Positions 26,700 to 37,185 of a DNA stretch of 42,543 bases are shown piece after piece. Location: NCBI GenBank assembly GCA_028278665.1, contig JAQAJI010000013.1, positions 23,566-66,108 of the forward strand, read 5' to 3'. Positions within the stretch are counted from its first letter, which is position 1, and each line of letters starts with the position of its first letter. The position numbers and the translations under genes are program-made. The DNA comes from Candidatus Rariloculus versatilis. Its GTDB lineage: Bacteria; Pseudomonadota; Gammaproteobacteria; Steroidobacterales; Rariloculaceae. A model generated the notes under the pieces. That model did no database searches. It was not told the origin of the DNA and worked only from the letters and a program-made list of their open reading frames with translations.

Positions 26700-28373
26700 T
26701 TACAGGTCCAGCCGCGTGTAGCGGCTGGGCTTTGGCCGGGATGCGTCCTTGCCCTTGCGCCGCTCGAGGTCGGCCGCGTACTCCGCGTAGTTGCCGCGGA
26801 ACCAGACGACCTCCCCGTCGCCCTCGAACGCGAGCATGTGCGTTGCGATCCGGTCCAGGAACCAGCGATCGTGCGATATGACGACAGCACAGCCCGGAAA
26901 GCTCAATAGGGCATCCTCGAGCGCCCTGAGCGTCTCGACATCCAGATCGTTGGTGGGTTCGTCGAGCAGCAGCACGTTGCCTCCCGAGCGCAGGAGCTTC
27001 GCCAGGTGCACGCGGTTGCGCTCGCCGCCTGACAGCAGGCCCACCTTTTTCTGCTGCTCGGCACCGCGAAAATTGAACCGGCCGACGTAGGCACGCGACT
27101 GCGTTTCGTAGTTGCCGACGAGGAGATTCTCCTGGCCGTCGCTGATTTCCTCCCAAACGGTTCTGGCATCGTCGAGCACGTCGCGTGACTGGTCCACGTA
27201 GGCGAGTTCGACGGAATCGCCGATGCGGATGGCGCCCGTGTCCGGCGACTCGGCGCCCACGAGCATCCTGAACAATGTCGTTTTGCCGGCGCCGTTCGGA
27301 CCGATGACACCGACGATCCCGCCGGGCGGCAGTTCGAACGACAGCTTCTCGAAGAGCTTGTGGCTGCCGAAGGCCTTGCCTACGGAGTCAGCTTCGATCA
27401 CGAGGTCGCCGAGCCTGGGGCCGGGCGGGATGTAGATCTCGTTGGTTTCGTTGCGGGTCTGAAAGTCTCTGGAGGTGAGTTCCTCGAAGCGTTCCAGGCG
27501 CGCCCTGGCCTTGGCCTGGCGCGCGCGCGGATTGGAACGGACCCACTCGAGCTCGGACCTGATCGCGCGCTGCCGGGCCGCTTCGCGCTGCTGCTCGACG
27601 GCGAGCCGCTGCGCCTTCTGGTCGAGCCACGAGCTGTAGTTGCCCTTCCAGGGAATGCCGTGGCCGCGATCGAGTTCGAGAATCCAGCCCGCCACGTTGT
27701 CGAGAAAGTAGCGGTCGTGGGTCACGGCCATTACCGTGCCCGGATACTCGTCGAGAAATCTCTCGAGCCAGGCGACGGATTCGGCATCGAGATGGTTCGT
27801 CGGTTCGTCGAGCAGCAGCATGTCCGGGTTGGACAGAAGCACGCGGCAAAGCGCGACACGGCGCCGTTCGCCACCGGACAGCGTTCCGATCGGCGCATCC
27901 CAGGGCGGCAGCCGCAGTGCCTGGGCCGCGATCTCGAGCTTGCGTTCGACTTCCCAACCGTCGGCCGCTTCGATCGCATCCTGCAGCTCGCCCTGCTCGG
28001 TGAGCAGTTGCGCCATCTCCTCGTCCGCGAGCGGTTCGGCGAATCGTTCGCTGATCTCGTTGAATCGCGCGACGAGGGCGAGAATCCCGGCGATGCCTTC
28101 CTCGATCACGCCGCGTACGGTTTTGCGGGCATCGAGCTCCGGTTCCTGCGCGAGGTAGCCGATCCTGATGCCCGATTGCGGCCGCGCTTCGCCATTGAAG
28201 TCCCGATCGACGCCGGCCATGATCCTGAGCAGCGTCGACTTGCCCGAACCGTTCAGGCCCAGCACGCCGATCTTCGCGCCGGGGAAGAAGCTCAGGCTGA
28301 TGTCGCGCAGGATATGGCGCTTCGGCGGCACGACTTTTTCGAGTCTGTTCGTGGTATAGATGTACTGGGCCAT
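26700..28373 (-). CDS. ettA: Energy-dependent translational throttle protein EttA (ABC-F)
   Basis: [25 protein letters not shown], two ABC cassettes ([16 protein letters not shown]), GNYSSWL. Confidence 0.97.
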   Translation of the reverse strand: MAQYIYTTNRLEKVVPPKRHILRDISLSFFPGAKIGVLGLNGSGKSTLLRIMAGVDRDFNGEARPQSGIRIGYLAQEPELDARKTVRGVIEEGIAGILALVARFNEISERFAEPLADEEMAQLLTEQGELQDAIEAADGWEVERKLEIAAQALRLPPWDAPIGTLSGGERRRVALCRVLLSNPDMLLLDEPTNHLDAESVAWLERFLDEYPGTVMAVTHDRYFLDNVAGWILELDRGHGIPWKGNYSSWLDQKAQRLAVEQQREAARQRAIRSELEWVRSNPRARQAKARARLERFEELTSRDFQTRNETNEIYIPPGPRLGDLVIEADSVGKAFGSHKLFEKLSFELPPGGIVGVIGPNGAGKTTLFRMLVGAESPDTGAIRIGDSVELAYVDQSRDVLDDARTVWEEISDGQENLLVGNYETQSRAYVGRFNFRGAEQQKKVGLLSGGERNRVHLAKLLRSGGNVLLLDEPTNDLDVETLRALEDALLSFPGCAVVISHDRWFLDRIATHMLAFEGDGEVVWFRGNYAEYAADLERRKGKDASRPKPSRYTRLDL

Positions 28374-28469
28374 GGTCCAATTCTCGGAGCGGGTCGGCGA
28401 AGGGCGATCGGATTATCCGCGAACGGTCCGGCCGAGCAATAATCCGGCAAACTCTTCAGAGCAACATTG

Positions 28470-29411
28470 ATGTCAGCGACAGCCGTTCTGGTTTGCGGTC
28501 AGGAGATCGCTTCGTACGGTTTTCCCGATGGCCATCCCTTCGGCACCTCGCGTCACGATGCGTTCATGGACGAGATCGAGAAGTCCGACTCCCGGGACCG
28601 GCTTCAACGCATCTCGGCGCGGCAGGCCACGCGCGAGGAACTGGAGTACTTTCATACGCCGCGCCACGTCGATCGCGTGATCGAAATGTCGCGCATCGGC
28701 AGCGGCTTTCTCGACGGCGGCGACACGCCGGCCTACCCGGGCGTCTTCGAGAATGCGGCGTTCGTGGTCGGCGGCACGCTCAATGCCCTGGAAGCGATCG
28801 TGACGGGCCCGATCCCGCGCGCGTTCATCCCGATCGGCGGGCTTCACCACGCGGCGCGCGACTCGGCGGCCGGCTTTTGCGTCTTCAACGACTGCAGTGT
28901 CGCCATCGAGGCGGCACGGCGCCGCCATGGCCTCGGGCACGTTGCCTACGTCGACATCGATGCGCACCACGGCGACGGCGTATTCTACGGTTTCGAGGAC
29001 GATCCGCACGTGATCTTTGCCGACCTGCACGAGGACGGCCGCTTTCTCTATCCGGGCACAGGTTCGCGCGACGAGACCGGCAAGGGCGCCGCGGCAGGAA
29101 CGAAGCTCAACGTGCCGATGATGCCGGGGGCCGGGGATCAACACTTCCTTACGGCATGGGAAGAGGTCGAAGGTTTCCTGCAGGACCATTCGTTCGACCT
29201 GATTCTCCTGCAGTGCGGCGCGGATTCGCTCGGCGGCGATCCGATAACGCACCTGGCCTACACCGAGGAAGCCCATGCGCACGCGGCGCGCAGGCTCCGG
29301 ACGCTCGCCGATCGCCACTGCGAGGGACGGATCCTCGCCATGGGCGGCGGCGGTTACGACCTGTTCAACCTTGCGCGCGCCTGGACGCGCGTCGTCGAAG
29401 AACTGACCTAG
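28470..29411 (+). CDS. Zn-dependent histone deacetylase / AcuC-family protein
   Basis: GHPF, GGLHHA, GFCVFND, DIDAHHGDG, YPGTG, GAD, GGGGY. Confidence 0.92.
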   Translation: MSATAVLVCGQEIASYGFPDGHPFGTSRHDAFMDEIEKSDSRDRLQRISARQATREELEYFHTPRHVDRVIEMSRIGSGFLDGGDTPAYPGVFENAAFVVGGTLNALEAIVTGPIPRAFIPIGGLHHAARDSAAGFCVFNDCSVAIEAARRRHGLGHVAYVDIDAHHGDGVFYGFEDDPHVIFADLHEDGRFLYPGTGSRDETGKGAAAGTKLNVPMMPGAGDQHFLTAWEEVEGFLQDHSFDLILLQCGADSLGGDPITHLAYTEEAHAHAARRLRTLADRHCEGRILAMGGGGYDLFNLARAWTRVVEELT

Positions 29412-29656
29412 CCCGCAAATCTCACCAAGCCGCGCCTTGCCATGGAGCATTACGGATGAATTTCAGGAACTTGCGAGATAATCGGGGACATCGCGCGGGT
29501 GACAGCTTGCGCTGGCCACGCCCTCGCTTGTCTTTTGCGCGACTGCGCGCACATGCTCCCTCCACCATAGACTCGCTATGGTTGCGGTCGCGAGCACGCG
29601 CAGTCACAAAAAATCCTGCGCGATCATCGTGGCCCTTGGTGAGATTTGCGGGCTAG
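29408..29656. mobile_element. 249-bp MITE-like element with perfect 22-bp terminal inverted repeats ending in CTAG
   Basis: CTAGCCCGCAAATCTCACCAAG (29408-29429) is the exact reverse complement of CTTGGTGAGATTTGCGGGCTAG (29635-29656). No transposase. Internal nested hairpins. Confidence 0.85.
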
Positions 29657-29676
29657 CAACCTCCCTCCCCGCGACC

Positions 29677-30939
29677 ATGTTCAGCGCCGACGATTGCATT
29701 GCCGGGTTCGACGCGCCGCTTGCTGCGGCGCTCGCGGGCGAGCGGCAGCGCCAGGAAGAGTTCATGGAACTGATCGCGTCGGAAAACTACGTCAGTCCCA
29801 GGGTGCTTGAGGCGCAGGGCTCGCCGCTGACCAACAAGTACGCCGACGGCTACCCCGGTGCACGCCGCTACAGCGGCTGCCGCTTCGTCGACGACGCCGA
29901 GCGGCTCGCGATCGAGCGCGCCAAGCGCTTGTTCGGGGCAGCGTATGCAAACGTGCAGCCCTATTCGGGCTCCCAGGCCAATGCGGCCGCCTACTTTGCG
30001 CTGATGGAACCCGGCGAAACGCTGCTCGGACTCGCCGCGAGCCACGGCGGACACATCACGCACGGCGATTCGAGCAGTTTCGCCGGCAGCTTGTTCAATG
30101 CGGTGACCTACGGTTTGCGCGACGACGGCGAGATCGACCATGACGAAGTCGCCGAGCTGGCCCTGCGCCACCGTCCGAAGGTCATCGTCGCAGGGTTTTC
30201 CGCGTACTCGCGGATCGTGGACTGGCAGCGCTTCAGGGAGATCGCCGACGCCGCGGGGGCGTTTCTGCTCGCCGACATGGCGCACGTCGCAGGACTCGTG
30301 GCGGCCGGGCTCTACCCGAACCCGGTCCCGATCGCCGACGTCACGACGACCACGACTCACAAGACGCTGCGCGGGCCTCGCGGCGGCATGATCCTCGCAC
30401 GCGCGAATGGCAAACTCGGGCGCAGGCTCGACGATGCGGTCTATCCATGCACGCAGGGCGGTCCGCTCATGCACGTGATCGCGGCGAAGGCCGTTGCGCT
30501 CGAGGAAGCTTCACAGCAGCAGTTCCGCGACTACCAGCGGCAGGTCGTCGCCAATGCCCGCCGCGCCGCGCACGCACTCGAACAGCGCGGGCTCGCGATC
30601 GTCACGGGCGGCACGGACAACCACATGCTGCTGGCTGACCTCTCGGCGCGCCAGATCGATGCCGCGCGCGCCGAACATGTGCTCGAAGCGGCTCACATCG
30701 CCGTCAATGCGGTGCACTTGCCCAGTCCAGCGCCTGGCGAAGCGCCGCGGGGTCTCAGGATCGGCACGCCCGCGGTCACGACGCGCGGCGTCGGCGCCGA
30801 GGAGATCGACATTCTCGCCGGCTGGGTCGCCGATGTGCTCGAGGACCTCGACAACGATCGCACGATCGCCAGCATTCGTGCGTCGGTGCTCGAAATGTGC
30901 GAGGCGTTTCCCGTTTATGGCCGCAGCAAGGCCGGGTAG
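29677..30939 (+). CDS. glyA: Serine hydroxymethyltransferase (divergent folate-site residues)
   Basis: [56 protein letters not shown] 29677 follows the MITE. Confidence 0.9.
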   Translation: MFSADDCIAGFDAPLAAALAGERQRQEEFMELIASENYVSPRVLEAQGSPLTNKYADGYPGARRYSGCRFVDDAERLAIERAKRLFGAAYANVQPYSGSQANAAAYFALMEPGETLLGLAASHGGHITHGDSSSFAGSLFNAVTYGLRDDGEIDHDEVAELALRHRPKVIVAGFSAYSRIVDWQRFREIADAAGAFLLADMAHVAGLVAAGLYPNPVPIADVTTTTTHKTLRGPRGGMILARANGKLGRRLDDAVYPCTQGGPLMHVIAAKAVALEEASQQQFRDYQRQVVANARRAAHALEQRGLAIVTGGTDNHMLLADLSARQIDAARAEHVLEAAHIAVNAVHLPSPAPGEAPRGLRIGTPAVTTRGVGAEEIDILAGWVADVLEDLDNDRTIASIRASVLEMCEAFPVYGRSKAG

Positions 30940-30945
30940 CCGAGC

Positions 30946-31470
30946 ATGTATTGTCCGTTCTGCAGCCATGTCGATACGAAGGTGATCGATTCCAGGCTCA
31001 CCGCGGAAGGCCGTCAGGTCCGCCGTCGCCGCGAATGCGTCGCATGCTCGGAGCGGTTCACGACCTTCGAGTCGGCAGAACTCGTGATGCCACACGTCAG
31101 AAAGCGCGATGACCGGCGCGAGCCATTCGACCTGGCCAAAATGCGCGGCGGTATCGAAGCGGCGCTGCGCAAGCGTCCCGTCGGCAGCGAAGCGCTGGAA
31201 CGGGCGGTCGAGCAGATCGCGCATCGCATACGGGTCACCGGCGAGCGCGACGTACACAGCAGTTTCATCGGCTCTCTGGTCATGGACCAGCTTCGGCGGC
31301 TCGACGAAGTCGCCTACGTCAGGTTCGCATCGGTCTACCGGAGCTTTCAGGACGTGACCCAGTTCGAAGAGGAGATCCGGCGGCTGAAAGCGCGCACGGA
31401 TGCAGCCGAGGAGCGTCGCCAGTTGCCGCTGCTCCCGGATGACGACGACGCCGCGCGGTCGAAACGGTGA
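30946..31470 (+). CDS. nrdR: Transcriptional repressor NrdR
   Basis: MYCPFC...[15 protein letters not shown] zinc ribbon, ATP cone, [13 protein letters not shown]. Confidence 0.97.
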   Translation: MYCPFCSHVDTKVIDSRLTAEGRQVRRRRECVACSERFTTFESAELVMPHVRKRDDRREPFDLAKMRGGIEAALRKRPVGSEALERAVEQIAHRIRVTGERDVHSSFIGSLVMDQLRRLDEVAYVRFASVYRSFQDVTQFEEEIRRLKARTDAAEERRQLPLLPDDDDAARSKR

Positions 31471-32576
31471 GTCCCGGGGCCGACCGGCAGTTCATGGCGC
31501 GGGCGCTCGGGCTGGCCCGCAAGGGGCTCACCTCCACCGACCCGAACCCGACCGTGGGCTGTGTGCTCGTCAGGGACGGCGAAATCGTCGGCGAAGGCTG
31601 GACCGCTCCGGTCGGCGGCCCGCACGCAGAGCGCGCCGCGCTGGCCGCAGCCGGCGCCAGCGCCCGCGGCTCGACCGCTTACGTGACGCTCGAGCCCTGT
31701 TGTCACCAGGGGCGCACCGGACCGTGCACGGTCGCGCTTCTCGACGCCGGAGTCGCGCGCGTGGTTTGCGCGACCGGCGACCCGAATCCACTCGTCAACG
31801 GCGCGGGACTGCGTGCGCTCGGCGAAGCGGGCGTCGCCGTGGAGCAGGGTCTCATGGAGCAAAGCGCACACGAGATCAACAAAGGATACATCTCGCGCAT
31901 GACCCGCGGCCGGCCCTGGGTCAGGAGCAAGATCGCCGCGAGTCTCGACGGGAGGACCGCGCTTCAGAGCGGCGAAAGCAAGTGGATCACTGCAGATGCC
32001 GCCAGACGCGACGTGCACCGATGGCGAGCGCGCTCGAGCGCCGTGCTGTGCGGAGTCGGGACCGTGCTCGCTGACGATCCCTCGCTGAACGCGCGACCTG
32101 ACGACGAAGCCGACGGGCTCGTTCAGCCGCTGCGCGCGATCGTGGATTCCGCGCTGCGGACCCCGCCGTCCGCGCACACACTGTCGCTGCCGGGCGAAGT
32201 CGTCATTTTCACGGCAGCCAATGCCGCCGTCCGGCGCGCGCCGCTGGAGGCCGCCGGCGCGCGAATCGAGCCGGTCGAAGGCAGACCGCGCTGCGATCTC
32301 GGTCAGGTGCTCGAGCGCCTCGGAGAACTCGAGGTCAACGATGTCTGGGTCGAGGCTGGAGCAACGCTCAACGGGGCGCTGCTCGAACGCGGCCTCATCG
32401 ACGAATTGGTGCTCTATCTCGCGCCACGACTGCTCGGCGACGATGCGCGCGGCATGTTTTCGCTGGCTCCGCTTGCAAGCCTTGCCGAAAGCCTTGAACT
32501 TTCGATCGACGACGTGCGCAGGGTCGGTCCCGACTTGCGCATACGCGCGCGTCCCGGTACGGTGCTGGCCCCCTGA
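31467..32576 (+). CDS. ribD: Bifunctional riboflavin deaminase/reductase RibD
   Basis: [46 protein letters not shown]. Confidence 0.96.
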   Translation: MSPGADRQFMARALGLARKGLTSTDPNPTVGCVLVRDGEIVGEGWTAPVGGPHAERAALAAAGASARGSTAYVTLEPCCHQGRTGPCTVALLDAGVARVVCATGDPNPLVNGAGLRALGEAGVAVEQGLMEQSAHEINKGYISRMTRGRPWVRSKIAASLDGRTALQSGESKWITADAARRDVHRWRARSSAVLCGVGTVLADDPSLNARPDDEADGLVQPLRAIVDSALRTPPSAHTLSLPGEVVIFTAANAAVRRAPLEAAGARIEPVEGRPRCDLGQVLERLGELEVNDVWVEAGATLNGALLERGLIDELVLYLAPRLLGDDARGMFSLAPLASLAESLELSIDDVRRVGPDLRIRARPGTVLAP

Positions 32577-32757
32577 GGACTTAGGTCATCCAGGCCCAAA
32601 TTGCCAAAACCGGTCATTCCCGGATCGGCGAACGCCGGAGAATGGAATTGTTCGGAGCATTCCTGACAGGCCGTGACGGAACGCCGCGCCGCAGCTCGAC
32701 GCGGCGAGGCTTTCGCCGCAGGTTGCCTGGCGGCGGGCGAGCAAAAGGCGAGTCGAG

Positions 32758-33360
32758 GTGTTTTCCGGGATAGTCAAAAGCGTCGGCCGGGTTCTCGAGC
32801 GGACCGACATGGGAGCCGACGCGAAGCTCGCGATCGGTTACGAAACCGGCGAACTCGGCGCGCTCGCGCCGGGATCGAGCATCGCGGTCAATGGGGCCTG
32901 CCTGACCGCAACGGCCTGCGGTCCCGGCCGCTTCGAAGCCGACGCATCCGCCGAGACGCTCGCGGTGACGACGCTTGCATCAGTCGGGGTCGGCAGCAAG
33001 CTCAATCTCGAACCGTCGCTTAAAGTCGGCGATCCGGTCGACGGGCACTTCGTGACCGGCCACGTCGACGGTGTCGGCCGGGTCGTGGACATCGCTCCGG
33101 CCGGCCGTTCGACCTTGCTCGCGATCGAATTGCCCGCAGAATTGAGTCGTTACGTCGCGCGCAAGGGTTCGGTTGCCGTGGACGGCGTGAGCCTGACCGT
33201 GAACGTCGTGGAGGGCTGCCGCTTCGAAGTCAACATCGTGCCGCACACGCGCGGGGCGACGGTCATTTCCGGGTACGAGCCTGGCTCGGCTGTTAACATT
33301 GAAGTCGACGTCGTCGCTCGCTACCTGGAGCGGCTTTGCGGCCAGGAAGCTGCGCCGTAG
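32758..33360 (+). CDS. ribC: Riboflavin synthase (alpha chain; RibC, also called RibE)
   Basis: MFSGIV, SIAVNGACLT, GHFVTGHVDG, KGSVAVDGVSLT, VNIEVD. Confidence 0.95.
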   Translation: MFSGIVKSVGRVLERTDMGADAKLAIGYETGELGALAPGSSIAVNGACLTATACGPGRFEADASAETLAVTTLASVGVGSKLNLEPSLKVGDPVDGHFVTGHVDGVGRVVDIAPAGRSTLLAIELPAELSRYVARKGSVAVDGVSLTVNVVEGCRFEVNIVPHTRGATVISGYEPGSAVNIEVDVVARYLERLCGQEAAP

Positions 33361-33411
33361 GAGCTTGCGAACGCGAATTGCAGCCGTGAACTCCTGCCGC
33401 GCAGGCTCCCG
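33343..33411. repeat. ~70-bp imperfect palindromic repeat, complete copy 2 (overlaps ribC 3' end)
   Basis: CAGGAAGCTGCGCCGTAGGAGCTTGCG-AACGCGAATTGCAGC-CGTGAACTCCTGCCGCGCAGGCTCCCG aligns arm-spacer-arm with 26616-26685. Confidence 0.7.
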
Positions 33412-33476
33412 GGACCTCGTGGACCGGTCCGGGGCGAAGCTCCGCGGCGCAGTGAGCATGGAGCTTAAGAGAAGCC

Positions 33477-34643
33477 ATGATTACTCAAGTGACAACCGGC
33501 AAGGCATGGTCGGGGCTCGACCCGATCGAGGACATCATCGCCGCGCTGCGCAAGGGCGAAATGGCCGTGATCCTCGATGACGAGGATCGCGAGAACGAAG
33601 GCGATCTGATCATGGCTGCGAGCAAGGTTCGCAGCGAGCACATCAACTTCATGGCGCGCTACGGCCGCGGCCTGATCTGCCTGACCCTGACGCGCTCTCG
33701 CTGCGAGCAGTTGCGCCTGCCGCTCATGGTCAGCGGCACGGACCGGCGCAAGACCACCAATTTCACGGTGTCGATCGAAGCAACCGAGGGCGTGACCACT
33801 GGCATCTCCGCGCACGACCGAGCCCGTACGGTTCGTGCCGCGGTCGCGCCCGATGCGCAGCCCGACGACCTGCACCAGCCCGGCCACGTCTTTCCGCTCA
33901 TGGCTCAGCCCGGCGGCGTGCTGACGCGAGCCGGGCATACCGAAGCGGGCTGCGACCTCGCGCGGCTGGCGGGCCACGAGCCCGCCTCGGTGATCGTCGA
34001 AATTCTCAACGACGACGGCACGATGGCGCGCCGCGACGACCTCATCGCCTTCGCCCGGAACCACAAGCTCAAGATCGGCACGATCGCGGACCTGATCGAA
34101 TACCGCCTCGCACACGAGGAAACGGTCGAAGCGATCGCCGAGCTCGATATCGAGACCCCGTTCGGCCCGTTCAGGCTCATTTGCTTCGACGATCACATCA
34201 ATCGCAACGTGCACCTCGCGCTCGTGCGTGGAACGATCGATACCAGTCGCCCCGTGCTCGTGCGCGTGCACCGCCAGGACACACTCGGCGATGTGGTCAA
34301 CATCCGGAACCCGCGCCTCGGCTGGCCCCTGGAGGGCGCGATGCGGCAAATCGCCCGCGAGGGCAGCGGCGTGATCGTGATTCTCAGGCACAACGAGTCG
34401 GTCCGGGACCTCATGTCGGCGCTGCGTTCGCTGAGCGAAACGGACGACTCGCTGGCGGCGCGGCGCGAACGCAGCATGGACCTGCGTACCTTCGGCACGG
34501 GCGCACAAGTGCTGCGCGCGCTCGGGATCACCAAGATGCGGGTGCTCAGCGCGCCGAAACACATGCATGCGCTGTCGGGCTTCGGTCTGGAAGTCATTGA
34601 ATACGTGGCACCGGAAGACTGCGGTGACGATTGGCATGGCTGA
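33477..34643 (+). CDS. ribB: DHBP synthase fused to a degenerate GTP cyclohydrolase II domain (RibBX-type)
   Basis: [38 protein letters not shown]. The C-terminal domain [12 protein letters not shown] lacks the RibA Zn-binding cysteines. Confidence 0.93.
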   Translation: MITQVTTGKAWSGLDPIEDIIAALRKGEMAVILDDEDRENEGDLIMAASKVRSEHINFMARYGRGLICLTLTRSRCEQLRLPLMVSGTDRRKTTNFTVSIEATEGVTTGISAHDRARTVRAAVAPDAQPDDLHQPGHVFPLMAQPGGVLTRAGHTEAGCDLARLAGHEPASVIVEILNDDGTMARRDDLIAFARNHKLKIGTIADLIEYRLAHEETVEAIAELDIETPFGPFRLICFDDHINRNVHLALVRGTIDTSRPVLVRVHRQDTLGDVVNIRNPRLGWPLEGAMRQIAREGSGVIVILRHNESVRDLMSALRSLSETDDSLAARRERSMDLRTFGTGAQVLRALGITKMRVLSAPKHMHALSGFGLEVIEYVAPEDCGDDWHG

Positions 34644-35115
34644 CAATATCCGGACGATCGAAGGCGGCCTCAACGCGCGTGGATTGCGTTTGGGAATCGT
34701 CGCTTCGCGGTTCAACGACTTCATCGTCGACCGATTGCTCGATGCGGCTGTTGCCACGCTGCTCGATCATGGAGCGGACGCGGCCGACATCACGGTCGTG
34801 CGCGTGCCGGGCGCGTTCGAAACTCCTTTGGCGATCCGCAAGATGGCCGCAAGCGGCGGCTATGATGCGCTCGTTGCGCTCGGCTGTGTGATCCGCGGTG
34901 CCACCCCGCATTTCGACTACGTCGCCGGCGAAGCCAGCAGCGGGGTTGCGAGCGCGAGCCTCGAGCACGGCATCGCGATCGGCTTCGGCATCCTCACCGT
35001 CGACACCGTCGAACAGGCGATCGAACGCGCGGGTACGAAGGCCGGCAACAAGGGCGTGGACGCGGCACTCGCAGCGATCCGCACGGCCACCGTGTTGCGC
35101 GAACTGGAGCGCTAG
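34636..35115 (+). CDS. ribH: 6,7-dimethyl-8-ribityllumazine synthase
   Basis: [41 protein letters not shown]. Confidence 0.96.
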   Translation: MADNIRTIEGGLNARGLRLGIVASRFNDFIVDRLLDAAVATLLDHGADAADITVVRVPGAFETPLAIRKMAASGGYDALVALGCVIRGATPHFDYVAGEASSGVASASLEHGIAIGFGILTVDTVEQAIERAGTKAGNKGVDAALAAIRTATVLRELER

Positions 35116-35118
35116 CGT

Positions 35119-35553
35119 TTGGCCGGTAGCGGTTCTCGGCGCGGTGCCCGCGATTATCTCGTGCAGGCCCTCTACCAGTGGCAGCTCGCCGATCACGACC
35201 TGAGCGAACTCGTCGGCCAGTTCGAGCGCGAAGCCGATTTCGCCGCGGTCGACCAGGCGTACTTTCGATCCTTGCTCGAGATCGTGCTCGACGATGTCGA
35301 GACGCTCGACGCGACCATCGCCCGGTTTGCCGTGCGGCCTACGGCACAGCTCGACGCCGTCGGCCGCGCGATCCTGCTGCTTGCGCTCGCGGAACTCCGG
35401 AATCGCCCCGACGTTCCGACAAATGCGATCATCAACGAGGCCGTCGAACTTGCGAAGCGGTACGGTGCCACCGACAGCTACCGCTTCGTCAACGCGCTGC
35501 TCGACAAGGCCGCTGCGGAACTCGGAGAGCGTGATGGCAGGCTCAAGCGATGA
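35119..35553 (+). CDS. nusB: Transcription antitermination factor NusB
   Basis: RRGAR..VQALYQW, IINEAVELAKRYG, FVNALLD. Confidence 0.95.
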   Translation: MAGSGSRRGARDYLVQALYQWQLADHDLSELVGQFEREADFAAVDQAYFRSLLEIVLDDVETLDATIARFAVRPTAQLDAVGRAILLLALAELRNRPDVPTNAIINEAVELAKRYGATDSYRFVNALLDKAAAELGERDGRLKR

Positions 35554-36625
35554 GGCCGAAAAATTGGGCGAGTTCGAGCTCATCGAACGGTATTTCGTCC
35601 GGGGATCGGCGCGCGTGCCGCGTGCCGGGGGAACAGATGCAGGCGGCGCGGCGCCGCGTCCCGCAGGCGCAACGGGTACCGACCGCGTACTGATCGGTAT
35701 CGGCGACGATGCGGCGGTCATCGACGCCAGCGGGCCGTTGGCCATTGCGACCGATACGCTGGTCGCCGGCACGCACTTTCCAGACAGGTTTCCGGGCGAC
35801 TGGGTCGGTTATCGGGTGCTCGCGGTCAACCTCAGCGATCTCGCGGCGATGGGCGCACGGCCCCGCTGGGTGACGCTGGCCCTGACCTTGCCGGACGTCG
35901 ATCACGTCTGGCTCGAGGGTTTTTCGCGGGGCTTCTTCGAACTTGCGAACCGGCATGAAGTTGAGCTTGTCGGCGGCGACCTGACTCGCGGCCCGCTCGC
36001 GGCGACGGTGCAGATCGTAGGCAGCGTCGACCGCGCCGCCATGCTGACCCGCAGCGGCGGCCGTTGCGGCGATGCCGTTTATGTGACCGGCACGCTCGGC
36101 GACGCGGCGGCGGGACTCGACTCCTTTCGTCGCCGCTCGTCACTATCGGCCAGCGGTCCCGACGTCGGGCTCAAGGATCGTTTCGCCTATTGCGACGATG
36201 CCGCGCGTGCATGGCTTGAGAACCGGTTCGCGCGTCCCGACGCGCGTGTCGCCGAGGGCATCGCGCTCGCGCCGCTCGCCAATGCCGCGGTCGACGTCTC
36301 CGACGGGCTCATCAACGACCTCGGGCACATCTGCGCGCGCAGCAACTGCGGGGCGATCGTCGATGTCGACAAGGTGCCGCTCTCGGCGGAACTTCGCGCT
36401 GCATGCACGCCCGAGCAGGCTCTGGCGCATGCGCTTGGCGGCGGCGACGACCATGAGCTGTGTTTCACGGCGCCTGAGGACCGGTCGGAGGCGATACAGG
36501 CTGAGCTGCACTCGACCGGCACAAAGCTCACGCGAATCGGCAGACTGGTTGCCGGCAGTGGCGTGGCCTGCCGCCGGGACGGCGAATCGTACGAGCCCCC
36601 GGCGAGCGGCTTCGCCCACTTCTGA
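35534..36625 (+). CDS. thiL: Thiamine-monophosphate kinase
   Basis: EFELIERYF, GIGDDAA, VNLSDLAAMGA, GGD, DVSDGL, GGDDHEL, GFAHF. Confidence 0.94.
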   Translation: MAGSSDEAEKLGEFELIERYFVRGSARVPRAGGTDAGGAAPRPAGATGTDRVLIGIGDDAAVIDASGPLAIATDTLVAGTHFPDRFPGDWVGYRVLAVNLSDLAAMGARPRWVTLALTLPDVDHVWLEGFSRGFFELANRHEVELVGGDLTRGPLAATVQIVGSVDRAAMLTRSGGRCGDAVYVTGTLGDAAAGLDSFRRRSSLSASGPDVGLKDRFAYCDDAARAWLENRFARPDARVAEGIALAPLANAAVDVSDGLINDLGHICARSNCGAIVDVDKVPLSAELRAACTPEQALAHALGGGDDHELCFTAPEDRSEAIQAELHSTGTKLTRIGRLVAGSGVACRRDGESYEPPASGFAHF

Positions 36626-36708
36626 CATGGCGTCGGCAAAGCACAAGCTGTCCCCGATGCCCATGACTGCCGGCATTGCTCTTTTGAATCCCTGCGGCCG
36701 AGTGAGCC

Positions 36709-37179
36709 ATGCGCCTTAGTCCGGGACTGCTCCGCGACCCCGTACACCTGCTCGCGACAGGCTTCGGCGTCGGCCTTGTGCCGTGGGCGCCCGGCACCGC
36801 GGGCAGCATACTCGCGCTCGCGCCGGCCTGGCTTATGTTCGATCTGCCGCTGCCCTGGCGGGTTGCGCTGGCGCTGGCCGTCGTCGCGTTGGGCGTGTGG
36901 CTGTGCGGAGAAAGCGCGCGCCGTCTCGGCGTGCACGATCATCCGGCGATCGTGCTCGACGAAATCGCGGCGATGCTGCTGCTGTCGCTGCTGCTCGAGG
37001 CAAGCATTGCGTGGCTGTTGGCGGCCCTGGCGCTGTTCCGGCTGTTCGACATCGCCAAGCCCTGGCCGATCCGCGCCGTCGACCGGACCGTGTCGGGCGG
37101 TGTGGGCATCATGCTCGACGATGTGCTCGCGGCGCTCTTCGCCGCGATCTGCCTCGCCGGGGTCCAGCTCCTGGTGTGA
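36709..37179 (+). CDS. pgpA: Phosphatidylglycerophosphatase A
   Basis: GFGVGL..APGTAGS, HDHPAIVLDE, FRLFDIAKPWPI, GIMLDD. Confidence 0.95.
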   Translation: MRLSPGLLRDPVHLLATGFGVGLVPWAPGTAGSILALAPAWLMFDLPLPWRVALALAVVALGVWLCGESARRLGVHDHPAIVLDEIAAMLLLSLLLEASIAWLLAALALFRLFDIAKPWPIRAVDRTVSGGVGIMLDDVLAALFAAICLAGVQLLV

Positions 37180-37185
37180 GCGCGC

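Noticed and set aside
28409-28446. Inverted repeat CGGATTAT-N22-ATAATCCG between ettA and the deacetylase
   Set aside because: Only 8 bp. More simply explained by divergent -10-like elements or chance.
32577-32757. FMN riboswitch upstream of riboflavin synthase
   Set aside because: The conserved RFN segments (AGGGCGGGG..AATTCCC.ACCGGCGG, AGTCCGGATG) are not present.
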